Source: Firmicutes bacterium UBA2203
GTDB lineage: Bacteria; Bacillota; Desulfotomaculia; Desulfotomaculales; Nap2-2B
DNA length: 64,000 nt
Direction: 5' to 3'
Assembly (NCBI GenBank): GCA_002327235.1
Contig: DCUX01000005.1
Location: forward strand, 1,542 to 65,541
The notes under the pieces were generated by a model. It ran no database searches. It was not told the origin of the DNA and saw nothing but the letters and a program-made list of their open reading frames with translations. This document shows positions 61,344-64,000 of the stretch, piece after piece (position 1 is the first letter of the stretch; each line of letters starts with the position of its first letter). The position numbers and the translations under genes are program-made.

Positions 61344-64000
61344 ATGTTAGACTTAAATAATTTTGACCATATCCGGATTGGTTTAGCGTCACCGGAGCTA
61401 ATTCGGACTTGGTCTAGCGGAGAAGTCAAAAAACCGGAAACAATAAATTACCGGACCTTAAAGCCGGAACGTGACGGGCTTTTTTGCGAACGCATTTTCG
61501 GGCCGGTCAGGGATTGGGAATGCCATTGCGGTAAGTATAAACGTGTTCGCTACAAAGGGATGGTTTGTGACCGTTGTGGGGTAGAGGTTACCAGGGCTAA
61601 AGTACGGCGGGAACGCTTGGGCCACGTTGAATTAGCCGCTCCCGTTTCTCATATCTGGTATTTTAAAGGTATTCCCAGCCGGATGGGTTTATTGCTGGAT
61701 ATGTCACCGCGGGCCTTAGAGAAAATTCTTTATTTTGTATCCTATGTGGTAATTGACCCAGGGAACACTGATTTAGTTAAAAAACAGCTGCTTAATGAAG
61801 CCGAGTACCGGGAATACCGGGAAAAGTATGGTCAAGCCTTTAGGGCCATGATGGGGGCAGAGGCAATTAAAGTATTGCTTCAGGAAATTAATTTGGCCGA
61901 ATTATATAAAGAACTGAGCCAGGAAGTAAAAGAAGCGACTGGGCAAAGAAAAATACGGGCCTTGAGGCGGTTGGAAGTAGTGGACGCCTTTCTTAAGTCA
62001 GGTAATCAACCAGAATGGATGATCCTGGATGTTATTCCGGTCATTTCACCCGAACTTCGTCCCATGGTGCAATTAGATGGGGGACGTTTTGCTACTTCTG
62101 ATTTGAATGATTTATACCGGCGGGTGATTAACCGGAACAACCGTTTGAAACGTTTATTGGATTTGGGGGCCCCTGATATTATTGTCCGTAATGAAAAGCG
62201 TATGTTACAGGAAGCAGTGGATGCGTTAATTGATAATGGCCGGCGCGGCCGGGCGATTACCGGTCCCGGTAATCGCCCGTTAAAATCGTTAAGCGATATG
62301 CTCAAGGGAAAACAAGGACGTTTTCGCCAAAACTTGTTAGGCAAACGGGTAGATTACTCGGGCCGGTCTGTTATCGTGGTTGGGCCGACCTTACAATTAC
62401 ACCAGTGCGGCTTACCTAAAGAAATGGCCCTGGAGTTGTTTAAACCTTTTGTCATGAAAGCTTTAGTAAGCAAAGGATATGCTCATAATATAAAAAGTGC
62501 TAAACGCTTAGTGGAGCGGGCTAAATCCGAGGTATGGGATGTTTTAGAAGAAGTAATTAAAGGACATCCGGTATTGTTAAACCGGGCTCCTACTTTACAC
62601 CGCTTAGGCATCCAGGCTTTTGAGCCTGTACTGGTAGAAGGACGGGCAATTCAAATTCATCCTTTAGTTTGCGCGGCTTATAACGCTGATTTTGACGGGG
62701 ACCAGATGGCCGTTCACGTACCTCTTTCTACCGAAGCCCAGGCAGAAGCCAGACTTTTAATGCGTTCAACTTTCAACATTCTTGACCCCAAGGGCGGTCG
62801 TCCTTTAACCGTTCCAACCCAGGACATGGTAATAGGTATTTATTATCTAACGATAGAAAAACCGGGGATTTTAGGCGAGGGTAAAGTATTTAAAGATGCG
62901 GCTGAAGCAATAATGGCTTATGAAAATAAAATAATTGCTTTACAGTCTCCTATAAAAATTCGTAAGTCTCCGGGAGAATTTTTAAAAACTACCGTGGGAC
63001 GGATTATCTTTAATGAAGTTATCCCGGATGAATTAGGTTATTTTAATCAAGAAATGGATAAATCAAGCTTAAGTCAACTGGTGGACGATTGTTACCGCAA
63101 GCTAGGTTACGCCAAGACAGTAACCCTTTTAGACGGGATAAAGAAGTTGGGTTATCATTTCGCTACCCAAGCCGGTATTACCATTAGTCTTAAAGATATA
63201 CTGGTACCGGAACAAAAGAAGGAAATTATAAGCGGAGCGGAAGAACAGGTAGAAATAGTAGAAGAGCAATACCGGGACGGTTTAATTACGGAGGAAGAGC
63301 GGTACCAAAAAATAATTGGCATTTGGAATGAAGTTACCGATAAGGTAACGACGGCTTTATTAAATAGTATGGATAAGCTCAATCCAATTTATATGATGGC
63401 TAGCAGCGGAGCGCGGGGTAATATCCAGCAAATTCGCCAGTTAGCCGGAATGCGCGGCCTTATGGCTGATCCTTCGGGACGGATTATTGACTTGCCTATT
63501 AAAGCTAGTTTTAAAGAAGGCCTGACCGTATTAGAATACTTTATTTCTACCCACGGAGCCCGCAAAGGTTTGGCTGATACGGCTTTACGTACCGCCGATT
63601 CCGGTTACCTTACCCGCCGGCTGGTGGATGTGGCCCAGGATGTAATGGTACGCGAAGATAACTGCGGAACTACCGAAGGAGTTGAAGTAAGCGAGATTCA
63701 TGATGGTAATGAGGTTATTGAAAAATTAGAAGAGCGTATTCTTGGCCGGGTATCCCTGGAAGACATATATCATCCCGTTACCGGGGAAGTTTTAGTACGG
63801 GCCGGGGAAGAAATTGACGAAAGTTGCGTTGCCCGAATTACCGCATCCGGGATAGACCGGGTGAAAATCCGGTCTGCCCTTACCTGTAAAACACGTTTTG
63901 GGGTATGTGTTAAATGTTACGGGCGCAATTTAACCACCGGTCAAATGATTGATATTGGTGAAGCGGTAGGGATAATTGCCGCTCAATCTATTGGTGAACC
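61344..64000 (+). CDS. rpoC: RNA polymerase beta' subunit (3' truncated by the window edge)
   Basis: [31 protein letters not shown], zinc-finger cysteines, NADFDGD; open to the window end. Confidence 0.98.
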   Translation, partial: MLDLNNFDHIRIGLASPELIRTWSSGEVKKPETINYRTLKPERDGLFCERIFGPVRDWECHCGKYKRVRYKGMVCDRCGVEVTRAKVRRERLGHVELAAPVSHIWYFKGIPSRMGLLLDMSPRALEKILYFVSYVVIDPGNTDLVKKQLLNEAEYREYREKYGQAFRAMMGAEAIKVLLQEINLAELYKELSQEVKEATGQRKIRALRRLEVVDAFLKSGNQPEWMILDVIPVISPELRPMVQLDGGRFATSDLNDLYRRVINRNNRLKRLLDLGAPDIIVRNEKRMLQEAVDALIDNGRRGRAITGPGNRPLKSLSDMLKGKQGRFRQNLLGKRVDYSGRSVIVVGPTLQLHQCGLPKEMALELFKPFVMKALVSKGYAHNIKSAKRLVERAKSEVWDVLEEVIKGHPVLLNRAPTLHRLGIQAFEPVLVEGRAIQIHPLVCAAYNADFDGDQMAVHVPLSTEAQAEARLLMRSTFNILDPKGGRPLTVPTQDMVIGIYYLTIEKPGILGEGKVFKDAAEAIMAYENKIIALQSPIKIRKSPGEFLKTTVGRIIFNEVIPDELGYFNQEMDKSSLSQLVDDCYRKLGYAKTVTLLDGIKKLGYHFATQAGITISLKDILVPEQKKEIISGAEEQVEIVEEQYRDGLITEEERYQKIIGIWNEVTDKVTTALLNSMDKLNPIYMMASSGARGNIQQIRQLAGMRGLMADPSGRIIDLPIKASFKEGLTVLEYFISTHGARKGLADTALRTADSGYLTRRLVDVAQDVMVREDNCGTTEGVEVSEIHDGNEVIEKLEERILGRVSLEDIYHPVTGEVLVRAGEEIDESCVARITASGIDRVKIRSALTCKTRFGVCVKCYGRNLTTGQMIDIGEAVGIIAAQSIGE

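Overview
64 kb of chromosome from a low-GC, spore-forming Bacillota (Clostridia/Peptococcaceae-like, judged from gene content). It is mostly core genes: mcsB-clpC-radA-disA-carD-yacL-ispDF-cysS-rlmB-yacP; tRNA-Gly; a SCIFF ranthipeptide locus; SPOCS spore-coat genes; ispE-glmU-prs-pth; an S8/SLH protease with an ECF sigma/anti-sigma pair; and rpmG-secE-nusG-rplKAJL-rpoB-rpoC(partial). An accessory island at ~27.6-40.4 kb holds three things. (i) A decayed integron-like platform: an integrase remnant ending in SPLD, an attI-like GTT site, one eroded cassette closed by an attC whose R'' matches the cassette start, then an intact three-gene cassette (TIGR04255-like / acidic protein / MazF-like). 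(ii) An IS21-type end. (iii) A DUF499-DUF1156-SNF2/DUF3883 restriction-like (BREX-related) operon with an inserted Schlafen/AlbA_2 gene; the helicase and ATPase are broken but the methyltransferase is intact. Small palindromic and heptameric repeats have inserted in-frame into several proteins: GTAG-REP/REPIN units in the methyltransferase and helicase, a second REP in the S8 protease and L1, and heptamer runs in pth, cysS and glmU. No CRISPR array or rRNA was seen. All calls were made by eye from motifs; no database searches were run.
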